Shown in pieces: positions 45,894 to 54,769 of a DNA stretch of 64,000 nt; positions within the stretch are counted from its first letter, which is position 1, and every line of letters begins with the position of its first letter. Below the pieces are notes generated by a model, which worked only from the letters and a program-made list of their open reading frames with translations, was not told where the DNA came from and did not search any database. Both the position numbers and the translations under genes were made by a program. The DNA is taken from contig CM000208.1 of the NCBI GenBank assembly GCA_000002445.1, forward strand, positions 1,024,001 to 1,088,000, in the 5' to 3' direction. This DNA comes from Trypanosoma brucei (taxonomy: Eukaryota).

Positions 45894-46511
45894 TACTGAT
45901 CCTTACCCCTAACAAAGAGCGATAGCTAAAACTGAATTATACTCGTCAGTTCCTATCGATAGGTGTCTCGTAATATGGCGGACAATAGCGTCTCTCTTGT
46001 AGCTCCTCTTTATATTATCTCTGTGGTTCTTCCTGCTTCTTAGACAATGTTTTTTTGACCGCGTGGAAAATTTTTTAGTAGAAAAAAGGAGTTGGAAAAC
46101 AAATAGACAACAGCTGCTACGAAGAAAGAAAACTGCGGTGGGCACGGGGGGTGCAAAAAAAATGTGGGAGCATCATCAAGCCTAGACGCAAACTGTGAAA
46201 GGAGAAATCAGAGGCGCCAACCACATGTACGGTTGCGCGCGTACGCACCTGGTAACTGCAACCATCACCCGGGACCCGAAATCCACGGCATGATTAGACC
46301 CGTGCGCGCCCCAGCAGGTATCCTGAACTATACGAAGGCGGTTGGTAAAAGCTGGAAGAAATAAAGGGAGTACCACCTCGAAGTCACCCCTTCCGCTTTT
46401 CAGAACTGTAAAGGCTCCTTCCGCCCTTGACTGTAATAAACAATGTATCTCCTACTTCCAAGACTAAATTACGTGTGCGTCCTCTTCCTTATAACAGTCG
46501 ACATGTGCTCA

Positions 46512-47618
46512 CTAGGCCGCCTTCGGTCGTTTTGAAGCCTTTGACGGGTGGGCCGCAGATGTCTCGGTGAAAGTTATCCCTGGTTGCCAGCGCGAGTGTA
46601 GGCGATCGTAGGACCATCGAAGGAACATGTCATCTATGCAACCGCAGTATCCCTTCGGCAACCCTGACCAACAATGGCACAATGCGGCCTTCTCTGTATC
46701 TCCCTCTTTCATGTCTACAATCTTTGCTTCGTCGTTCCCGGGTAAACCAACCTGGTGGCCAATGCTCAGTTTAGGACGGGGGTTTAGCGCGAGGTTTACT
46801 GGAGACAAATCAGGGCACATCGTGACGCCCTGCAGCACAGGAGCGGTATTGCCAAGGCAACGTGGAGCTCCCTTTTCTACCAGCCACTGGATCACTTCCC
46901 TGTCAGCAAGTGCCAAAGCAGCATGCAGGGGCGTGCGACCCCAGCGGTCGTACACAATGAGGCTTCCACCTGCGCTATGTAGTAAATTCATCATAGCAAT
47001 ATTACCTGTTATGATGGCAACAAACATGGGGCTGTAGCCATGCCGCATCTGATCCAGAGTAGCAAAGGGTTCGCTGAGGAAGCTCATTTCATTTGGGTTC
47101 GCCCCCCACTCAAGACACCGTTCGGCGAGGGCAATATTCCCTGTCAAGACCCCCAAGAGCAGAAATGTAGCACCACGATAAAGTGAATCACCTCGTTTAT
47201 CGCATAACCCAGGCAGCTGATCCTCCAAGAACTTGCCGATAGACTTCACCGGTAGGTTAATGTCGTTACCGCGTGCACCCGAGGGATTATTCGAATTGGT
47301 ATTAGTACTAGTAGGGCCGTCGGTTTTGTTGTAGATGTTGGATAGTTTGGCGAGGTCCTCTGCGATTGCTCCCTCATGTGCCCCGCCCAGTACAACCTTC
47401 CCTTTACGAATGACTTGAAAAGACTCCCATGATATGGCAGGGGCAGTTCTGAATGAACGCAGAACGCAAGGACCCGAATACTCGCATGCGGCGCCAGTGG
47501 AAACAATGTTACTGTCCATGGAGCTGTGTACCCCTTCTGTTCTGTACCACTTACACCCCTGGTAGTCGTTTGATCCACGTAACTCTTCACTGGGAAATGG
47601 TTCACCAACTTGTTGCAT
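46512..47618 (-). CDS. Ankyrin-repeat protein
   Basis: At least 3 ankyrin repeats: GANPNEMS...YSPMFVAIITGNIAMMNLLHSAGGSL, GRTPLHAALALADREVIQWLVEKGAP. The ORF-track start at 47660 is GTG. The first ATG is at rc of 47616-47618 (MQQVGEPF...). Confidence 0.6.
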   Translation of the reverse strand: MQQVGEPFPSEELRGSNDYQGCKWYRTEGVHSSMDSNIVSTGAACEYSGPCVLRSFRTAPAISWESFQVIRKGKVVLGGAHEGAIAEDLAKLSNIYNKTDGPTSTNTNSNNPSGARGNDINLPVKSIGKFLEDQLPGLCDKRGDSLYRGATFLLLGVLTGNIALAERCLEWGANPNEMSFLSEPFATLDQMRHGYSPMFVAIITGNIAMMNLLHSAGGSLIVYDRWGRTPLHAALALADREVIQWLVEKGAPRCLGNTAPVLQGVTMCPDLSPVNLALNPRPKLSIGHQVGLPGNDEAKIVDMKEGDTEKAALCHCWSGLPKGYCGCIDDMFLRWSYDRLHSRWQPGITFTETSAAHPSKASKRPKAA

Positions 47619-48100
47619 CAAACAATTTATGTAGTCCCCTGCAACGCGAAGTAAGCGCACACTATATTTAAAGTGGACTTATCCGCTTTGCTTGCAGGTT
47701 CACGTTCCGATTTTATTCCTTCTTGATCGAAAGAACTTTTAACAGTGGTGCAACAGCTAACTTCTAAACAGTTTGTTATTACCCTTAAACCAACTGAATA
47801 GCTTGCCAATAAAACGGAAGAGGTAGAAGTGAATCAAGTGTACTGATGACCAACGAAACGCAATTCACCCCGCCGTGCATCACCCTGACAAGGATTTGAA
47901 AAGGGGGGGAAAGAAGTGAAAAAAAAACTAATTGGCGGTATTCACAAATTCATACAAATAAAACGAAAATTAAAATATCAACACACAAAAAAGTGATGTT
48001 CGCAACTCGGTACGGAAGGCGGCGCAGTGGCTCTTAAAACCAGAACAAACAAGACCGCTTGGGAGTTTACCACCTACATGACCTCCACCACTCATCTTTG

Positions 48101-49093
48101 TTACCCGCCAGCAACCGACGGCATGCGCCTAATTATTTCGTTCTTCAACTCCCCGTACCGTATGTATTCGTAAGAGTGCGCCTGCCGATCATTCCTCGTT
48201 GGTGCAAATCCGTTACGCTGTTCAAAATCGCTCTCAAAACGGTGGAGAATCCGCTTCAAGTACCGCTTTTCAGCGGCGAGCTCCTCATTTGACATCTGTG
48301 ACACGCGGATACCACTGCCGATCGTCGGTTGCGTGGAGCCCGGCCCCTCGTTTGCGGACAGTCCTGACGATGTGGATGACCTGACCACCTGACGCTGCAA
48401 ACCACTGGGCTGAGTTGTAGACCCGACAACTCTACGAGCCGGGTTATCCACCTGACTGCCGGAGGGGGAGGGAGTCCGTACTCTCACTCCTGATGTCACC
48501 GTCCCCGCACTGTTCGCACGTTCACTACTGGATCGTGCACCCTGAGGCTGTTGTGTCTGCGATTGAGAGTTTGTGAGATTGTTATTGTCTTCGCCACCGC
48601 CATTGGTGGGTGACTCCTCTCCCCGTAAGCGGTTCTTTGCCAGTTTATATAGTTCATACACCTGTCGCAGCATGGCCTTATCACGAGTGGTCACTGCAAC
48701 CCCACGCTCTTCACAAAACACCCGCTCCCACTCGTGAATACGCTGTTTCATCTCTTTTTTAAAGGAAAGGCACTGTCCGTGCGTTAGAGATGTTACTACA
48801 CCGGCCGCTGCCGAGGGGGAAGTTCGCCCATCCCTCCCCCGCGAGTGGTCTAGGAATGTTATCTCACCACGGTAACTTGATAGAAGTTGCAGCGCCAGCA
48901 CATCTGCGGAGGGTGATTGGGGTCCATAGGTTTGCTCTATGCGGCTGCGCTGCTCACGCTGCAGCGAACGTACCGACTCAATAGTTGCTCTATTGTGCGC
49001 CCGGAAATCTTCGTCAATCACATGAGTTTGTGTGAAACTGAGTGCGTCGACAGTTTGCGCAGCCGCTTGCATCAACTGATCTCTCACGTCCAT
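48101..49093 (-). CDS. Hypothetical protein with internally duplicated ~45-aa helical motif and Ser/Thr/Gln-rich linker
   Basis: ATG at rc of 49091-49093. Motif copy A is KQRIHEWERVFCEERGVAVTTRDKAMLRQVYELYKLAKNRL. Copy B is KRILHRFESDFEQRNGFAPTRNDRQAHSYEYIRYGELKNEI. Conserved positions are FE..F....G.A.T..D+.....YE.Y..LKN. Confidence 0.5.
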   Translation of the reverse strand: MDVRDQLMQAAAQTVDALSFTQTHVIDEDFRAHNRATIESVRSLQREQRSRIEQTYGPQSPSADVLALQLLSSYRGEITFLDHSRGRDGRTSPSAAAGVVTSLTHGQCLSFKKEMKQRIHEWERVFCEERGVAVTTRDKAMLRQVYELYKLAKNRLRGEESPTNGGGEDNNNLTNSQSQTQQPQGARSSSERANSAGTVTSGVRVRTPSPSGSQVDNPARRVVGSTTQPSGLQRQVVRSSTSSGLSANEGPGSTQPTIGSGIRVSQMSNEELAAEKRYLKRILHRFESDFEQRNGFAPTRNDRQAHSYEYIRYGELKNEIIRRMPSVAGG

Positions 49094-49685
49094 TAAGGGA
49101 GATCCGTCACCGCCACTATACCTTCTCTACTCTAGCTACTGGTATATACTTGTAACAGGGTTTTGCGTTCTCCCTTTTGCGGCCTGTTCCTTCAATTCTT
49201 AGGCGACAAAGGTTCCTCTGCGCACACACACACCACGAAGATATCCTCACTCTATAGGGTTGCGCTCCCCCTCTGCCTTGATTGTTTGCTTTCTCCACCT
49301 TAAATCCCCGGTTACTAGTGTACTATGGTGCTGCGAAACACTGCAGCGTTTATGCACCTCCACTGCTAATTCCGAAGAGTAGAAAGGGTCGAAACATTAT
49401 AGTGATGATAATAATTTATAGAATAGCTACAGCAAACCCCAAATCACACGCGGATGACAGTTATTTGCTATGCGAGCACGTTTGCGCAAAGCGTGCTTTA
49501 ACTCCTTTGATGACAACAAGGGAAATCACCGCCCGGACGGCGGTACCCTTGTCATGTGAAACAACAACGAAACAGGTCCGAAGAGCCTTCAACTGCGCTA
49601 AAAAAAAACAAGTGATGACGGTAACGAAAATAATTCCTTTTGTAAAGAAAAAACAAAGGGGGAAGGACGCGAACGGTGCTACCTG

Positions 49686-52600
49686 TCACATGCGTGCGGA
49701 CTGAATAACCGCCTCTGAGAGGTTGGCGAACGACACTCTAGAATGCGCCATGCACTTAAGTAGTGGCGACGGCTGCAAGTGCGCCCCGTGCCACACCGCC
49801 AACTCTTCCATTTTTTGCAACATCAAACCAGCACCCATGGCGTCAGCCAGTGTTAGCGCTCCGCCAGTGGTTTCACTGAACCCCAATGTCGCTATAGTCA
49901 GCGCGTTTGCATCTGCCGCAGTAAGCAGATGCCCTGACAGCAGTAACTCGCAGCATTCATTCACAACAACAGAGAGCAAACGGTCAGACAGCTCTGTATC
50001 TGTAAGATGACGACGTAAGTATTGCTTTTGAACCACCGTATTTAGTGCAACTGAAGAACCATCCGCTCCATATGTGTAGAAACCACCACGTCTTGTTCGA
50101 ATACCACCGAATCCGTCATTGCTCATACTACGAAGCACCTGGTATCCGATAGAAGGGAGCCAATCGTGTATCAGCGGATTGCGGTGGTCGTTCATGTGAC
50201 TCGTTTCCTCAATCAAACGCGAAACGGTAGAGGTACCCAAATGATCAGCGAGTCGGAATGGTCCACCCAGAAGCCGGAGCACACCTGTAGAGACACGTTC
50301 AACTTTCTCGATGTCGCAATGCATCGCAATCCGACACGCCTCTGTCACGAAAGCCGCGATGAGGCGGCCGCTACAGGAATGCCGGCAAACAACATATGGC
50401 CGATATTCTTGCTGCAAGTAAGCCAGTGCTGCGGAAAGTGTACTTGCCCGCAGGTGTTCAGGGCACCCTTCCCGACCAAAGAGACGAACCTCCTGTAGAT
50501 CTCGAAGGGGAGATACCGCATACGCTGAAACGGGTGATATAGTTGCAACGCAGTTAAATTCAGGTATGAGCGGGCGCGCAACATATTCATCGCCAATTAA
50601 TACCACGTTTGCCTTTGTTAGAACACCGGATTGGTCCTTCACCAAGCTCTTTATCGCTTCAATGTTCGATTTCCCGCAATCAAGCAAGACAGTTACTTGG
50701 TTGCAGCTCTCGGCAGACAACGCCCTTACTTTCCTCGGCCACAGCTCCGCTTCATCGGCCTTAAACCTCAAATACCCTCCATCCGGTGGGGACGAAAGCA
50801 CCCTACGTTGAATCTCACACCCATGCCCATAAATGCGAGCTGCGTTAAGTGCAGAGGGGGAAAAAAGAAATTCACTATAAATACCCTCGCTACGCAGTGT
50901 CCCTGTTTCCACTGCTGCGGACGCGTTCCCACTCTCTCCAACGTTGTGAGTACATCCCCCGCTCGCCATTGCAGCCAGACAATACCGACGCCAAGCCTGT
51001 GTAATGGGATTTGAGTACACCTCGACGCTGCTTCCCCCTGTGGAACGAGTAAGGAAAAATCTGCGTAGAACAAAATCCCGCAGCGCAGGTCGGTTTAAAA
51101 GGGCGAGCAAGGCGTTTTCCAGACGTAACAGCAAAGAGGTAGGTGGTGACGCTTTGCTGTGGTCGACGTAACTGAGGCGAAGGGCCGTGAGCCCCTCACG
51201 AGTATCGCGTGCGTGGCGGGCAACACCAGCATCCAGCAATGTCGCAGCAGTGAATCTGTACTGTTGCTGTGATGCAGCAAGAGTGCGCTGCGCACCGAAG
51301 TAGCGGCACAGCTGCCGCACAGCATGCGAAGTAGGGAAATCACCCAGCATGCACGACGGAAATCCAAAAGTAGTGTGGGTTGCGTCAAGGAACACGCGGT
51401 AATGACAAGCAAGGAACAACTCCGCCGCAAAATCATCAAGAGAACCTCCGTTTACGATCGCCACGAAATTAAGAGGAGGCGTCTTGGCCATGCGCAGAAA
51501 TAGCCGTTCCTTCTCCCGTATTAACTCAATACGCTCGGAGCACGAAAGCTCCAATGGACTATGCTTTGGCTGAAAGAATGCAATACCAGGCAGTGAGGTG
51601 AGCACTACATGGGTGACCGGCCCACTCATCGTAACGGAGTGATTTTCAATGGCCGTTATAGCCTCATTAAGCGCACCTACAGCCGAGATGGTACTTACCA
51701 GTGGCTCCCAAAGGGTGATGGTAACAATATGCTGCGATGACTCATCAAAGGACAACTTCAACAGCGCTGAACCACTTTGTGCAGTAAACGCTCCACAAGT
51801 CCACGGAGCCAACGGAGGGTGCTCAGTGATACAACTCGAGACAGTTGAAGACAAGTTGCTCCTTCCATCCGATTCTTTGGGTTGCTGCTCTTCCATTCCA
51901 TACAGTGAGGTTTCCAAGCTGGCGGCTGTCACAGTGTTGTTGATGCTCAATTCTGATAACTCCTTTTCTCCGACAACGTCATGGGTCACCCCCGTGTGCT
52001 TTTGCATAAATGCCCCTCCACTAAAGTCGTCAGGCACCATATGGTTGTCAATCAATGTCGCCTCCTTTTCGGACAACTCTTTAAGACCGCCTTTATCCGC
52101 AAGTTCCACAATTGGCTCAGATTTTTCGCAGTGTTCAAAGTTTAAACTGAGGCCTTCGATTTCTCGACCCACAATGACCGGAGAACGCACAAGGGGTCTC
52201 GTTGCTCGCGCCCGCTCAATCTCCTCATCCAGAGAGAGGGCAGAACTTTTCGCCCAAACAGTGTCTTGGGGGTCACCACTAGCGGTCGGTGGTGCGATAG
52301 TGGTTCGTGTGCCATTCCGAGAACCACTCACCGGCTTCGATGAAGCTACGAAGTCGCTTGGCATCGAAGGAGCCGCAGGTGGTGCCAACGGTGCTTTTGG
52401 TGGGTCCGGAGCTCTAGGTGCCGCCTTCGGAGCGAAAGGCACCTGCCGTTTCGACGGTGATGGATTATGTGACGCGAAAACTATTTTGATGTCTTGTATA
52501 TCCTCCACAACGTTTGAAAGGGACATGTCCCTATTTCCTTTATATGTATCTCCCCGGCTACGTATTTTTTCTTTCTTCGAGTAACCCACCTCTCTCCTTG

Positions 52601-53237
52601 AATTCCGGCCCTCCTTAGCACCCCCACTTCTCTGCAAACGGCCCCTTTCCTCATCCAACCCAGATGCACGATCATCTCCCGTAAAACGACCACGTGATCT
52701 CCTTGTAGAGGTCATAAAATTCACAGGAGCTGCTTTCTGTAGTTCCGGTGCTGCGGGAGCTGCTTTCTGTAGTTCCGGTGCTGCGGGAGCTGCTTTCTGT
52801 AGTTCCGGTGCTGCGGGAGCTGCTTTCTGTAGTTCCGGTGCTGCGGGAGCTGCTTTCTGTAGTTCCGGTGCTGCGGGAGCTGCTTTCTGTAGTTCCGGTG
52901 CTGCGGGAGCTGCTTTCTGTAGTTCCGGTGCTGCGGGAGCTGCTTTCTGTAGTTCCGGTGCTGCGGGAGCTGCTTTCTGTAGTTCCGGTGCTGCGGGAGC
53001 TGCTTTCTGTAGTTCCGGTGCTGCAGGAGCTGCTTTCTGTAGTTCCGGTGCTGCGGGAGCTGCTTTCTGTAGTTCCGGTGCTGCGGGAGCTGCTTTCTGT
53101 AGTTCCGGTGCTGCAGGAGCTGCTTTCTTGAGTGGTTCAGTTTGGTATCTTCTCACAGCATTCCCTGTTACCGCAAATAGGCAGCCGGTTGGGGGACCGC
53201 TGAGCGCCGAAGCGACTGTAGGTGCAAATCGCCGCAT
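49686..53237 (-). CDS. Repeat-containing trifunctional-enzyme-alpha-like protein: 13 x AAPELQKAAP repeats + Pro/Ala-rich linker + enoyl-CoA hydratase-like + 3-hydroxyacyl-CoA dehydrogenase-like (HADH_N + 2 x HADH_C) domains
   Basis: The ORF-track start at 53285 is TTG. The first ATG is at rc of 53235-53237 (MRRFAPTVASALSG, presequence-like). The ECH-like segment is NFVAIVNGGSLDDFAAELFLACHYRVFLDATHTTFGFPSCMLGDFP; the second catalytic Glu position is not Glu. HADH-like segments are PYVVCRHSCSGRLIAAFVTEACRIAMHCDIEKVERV, GPFRLADHLGTSTV, RRGGFYTYG and ADANALTIATLGFSETTGGALTLADAMGAGLM. The Gly-rich NAD motif is degenerate (VTVLLDCGKSN). Confidence 0.7.
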   Translation of the reverse strand: MRRFAPTVASALSGPPTGCLFAVTGNAVRRYQTEPLKKAAPAAPELQKAAPAAPELQKAAPAAPELQKAAPAAPELQKAAPAAPELQKAAPAAPELQKAAPAAPELQKAAPAAPELQKAAPAAPELQKAAPAAPELQKAAPAAPELQKAAPAAPELQKAAPAAPELQKAAPVNFMTSTRRSRGRFTGDDRASGLDEERGRLQRSGGAKEGRNSRREVGYSKKEKIRSRGDTYKGNRDMSLSNVVEDIQDIKIVFASHNPSPSKRQVPFAPKAAPRAPDPPKAPLAPPAAPSMPSDFVASSKPVSGSRNGTRTTIAPPTASGDPQDTVWAKSSALSLDEEIERARATRPLVRSPVIVGREIEGLSLNFEHCEKSEPIVELADKGGLKELSEKEATLIDNHMVPDDFSGGAFMQKHTGVTHDVVGEKELSELSINNTVTAASLETSLYGMEEQQPKESDGRSNLSSTVSSCITEHPPLAPWTCGAFTAQSGSALLKLSFDESSQHIVTITLWEPLVSTISAVGALNEAITAIENHSVTMSGPVTHVVLTSLPGIAFFQPKHSPLELSCSERIELIREKERLFLRMAKTPPLNFVAIVNGGSLDDFAAELFLACHYRVFLDATHTTFGFPSCMLGDFPTSHAVRQLCRYFGAQRTLAASQQQYRFTAATLLDAGVARHARDTREGLTALRLSYVDHSKASPPTSLLLRLENALLALLNRPALRDFVLRRFFLTRSTGGSSVEVYSNPITQAWRRYCLAAMASGGCTHNVGESGNASAAVETGTLRSEGIYSEFLFSPSALNAARIYGHGCEIQRRVLSSPPDGGYLRFKADEAELWPRKVRALSAESCNQVTVLLDCGKSNIEAIKSLVKDQSGVLTKANVVLIGDEYVARPLIPEFNCVATISPVSAYAVSPLRDLQEVRLFGREGCPEHLRASTLSAALAYLQQEYRPYVVCRHSCSGRLIAAFVTEACRIAMHCDIEKVERVSTGVLRLLGGPFRLADHLGTSTVSRLIEETSHMNDHRNPLIHDWLPSIGYQVLRSMSNDGFGGIRTRRGGFYTYGADGSSVALNTVVQKQYLRRHLTDTELSDRLLSVVVNECCELLLSGHLLTAADANALTIATLGFSETTGGALTLADAMGAGLMLQKMEELAVWHGAHLQPSPLLKCMAHSRVSFANLSEAVIQSARM
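52726..53131 (-). repeat. Tandem array, 30-bp unit x ~13.5, in-frame coding (AAPELQKAAP)n
   Basis: Plus-strand unit gagctgctttctgtagttccggtgctgcgg repeated head-to-tail. Only two units differ (cgggag vs caggag), synonymous in the minus-strand frame. Confidence 0.9.
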
Positions 53238-54769
53238 TAGTGACGACAAACAATGTTGACAGCGGTGGATGTACTTATTCGGCAATACGTTATATTTACA
53301 CTCGTTGTGACAACCGGTTACTTATCCAACTTTCCCCTCTGCCGCCTTTGCAGGTGTGCAATTTGTTCTCCCCCTTCGCTTCGCACCAATGATTTCGTGA
53401 TAGGTTTGGTGTGCAGATTAGTTTTCTATGGCTCCAGTGACACTCTCCCTTGAAAAGTTAATATATTTTGGATTAACATACGCGAAGAAATAATTGTGAG
53501 AGGAGGAGGAGGAGTGCCACACCACCACGTAACAGCCGCAAGAAGAAAAAGTTGTGCCAGCACCTTTAGCGCATTCAGTCGTGGTCCCATGATATTTTAT
53601 CCCAATCTTTGGCCCTCTTTAGTATTCGGAAAATAATAACGGCACCCTACCGTTCCAGATAGCTTCCTCATACATGGAACTCACCTCGATACTCCACCTC
53701 CTAGAGTGGCAGTGGAGTATCACTTACACGGTCACCGTCCAAGGTCCCTCCAGCACCACCGAATGAGGAAATAACTTCAAACAGCATATCGACTGTGGGG
53801 AGCGTAAACAGCAACGGCAAGTTACAACAATCACTGACAGTAATAAAAGGGAATGGACGACATACGCCTCAATCGTATACTTTGAGCGCAACTTTTGAGC
53901 CTGCAGGCGCCATGAGCATGATTGCCTCGTAACATAACCACACGCAAACCGGTACCAGCGGGAACAACCACACGACCTGGGGTGGCAGGCCGTATACCTT
54001 TTCCCGATGTGCTCCCACGTCTACCGGATCAAGTGCACGCAGAACGAAAAACGTCGCAACGGTAACAAACAATACCCAAAGAGGAAGCGCGATAGGTCGC
54101 AAAAACATGCTTCTGTCTCTACAGTCGGCTTTCACTTGTGTAAGTGTAGCGGCTGTGGAGTAAACGTTCCGACTCCGTTTTTGTATATGACGTCGCAGTA
54201 AATGGTGCGTAATTAACGGCGGTAAACGAATGTTTTCTTTTTTCTTTTACCGTCTATACCTTACTGGCATGTAGGCGTCCAATCTTTATCGACACTGATA
54301 TCTCTCCTACCTTTCTAAGTGAGTTAGATAATATATTTGAAAGAGAAGAGAAAACAAATAAACTCACCGTCCCCCGGTACGATCAGTTTCAGGGTTGTAC
54401 CAATAGGCTGCGTTTTGTTCGGTCACTGTAAGTCATTTGATGTTGCCATTCTTTCACGTTTATCCTTCACCCACACCCATTTTCGGCCAAACAATCCAAA
54501 CTTTTAGGCAAAGTTAACTGGCATTAAGACACCATGACCAAAGGGGAATCAAAAACTAACTCCTCGATACAAGCCGTGACATTTCTTCCGACTCGCGCCG
54601 ATGACGGCAAGGGCGTGCCGGTTAACTGACTTGAGCAGCTTCGAGCTGGCTTCGAGGGCCCGATCACAGAGACTCGGGACGGCGCATAACCGTCCTACCA
54701 ACGTAATGCAACATTTGCATACTTCCACCTGGTCACATCCTGCGCGCTTTCAGCACCCTGCCTGGGCAC

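Noticed and set aside
51649-52584. 311-aa plus-strand ORF. Similar antisense ORFs occur at 39446-39988, 3907-4446, 60409-60987 and 19208-19747.
   Set aside because: Each lies entirely antisense within a well-supported minus-strand gene and has low-complexity Ser/Ala/Arg-rich translation. These are typical shadow ORFs of GC-skewed coding sequence.
52726-53131. Regular 30-bp direct-repeat array considered as a CRISPR-like array.
   Set aside because: The units are contiguous with no spacers and in-frame inside a long ORF. The genome context is eukaryotic (kinetoplastid).
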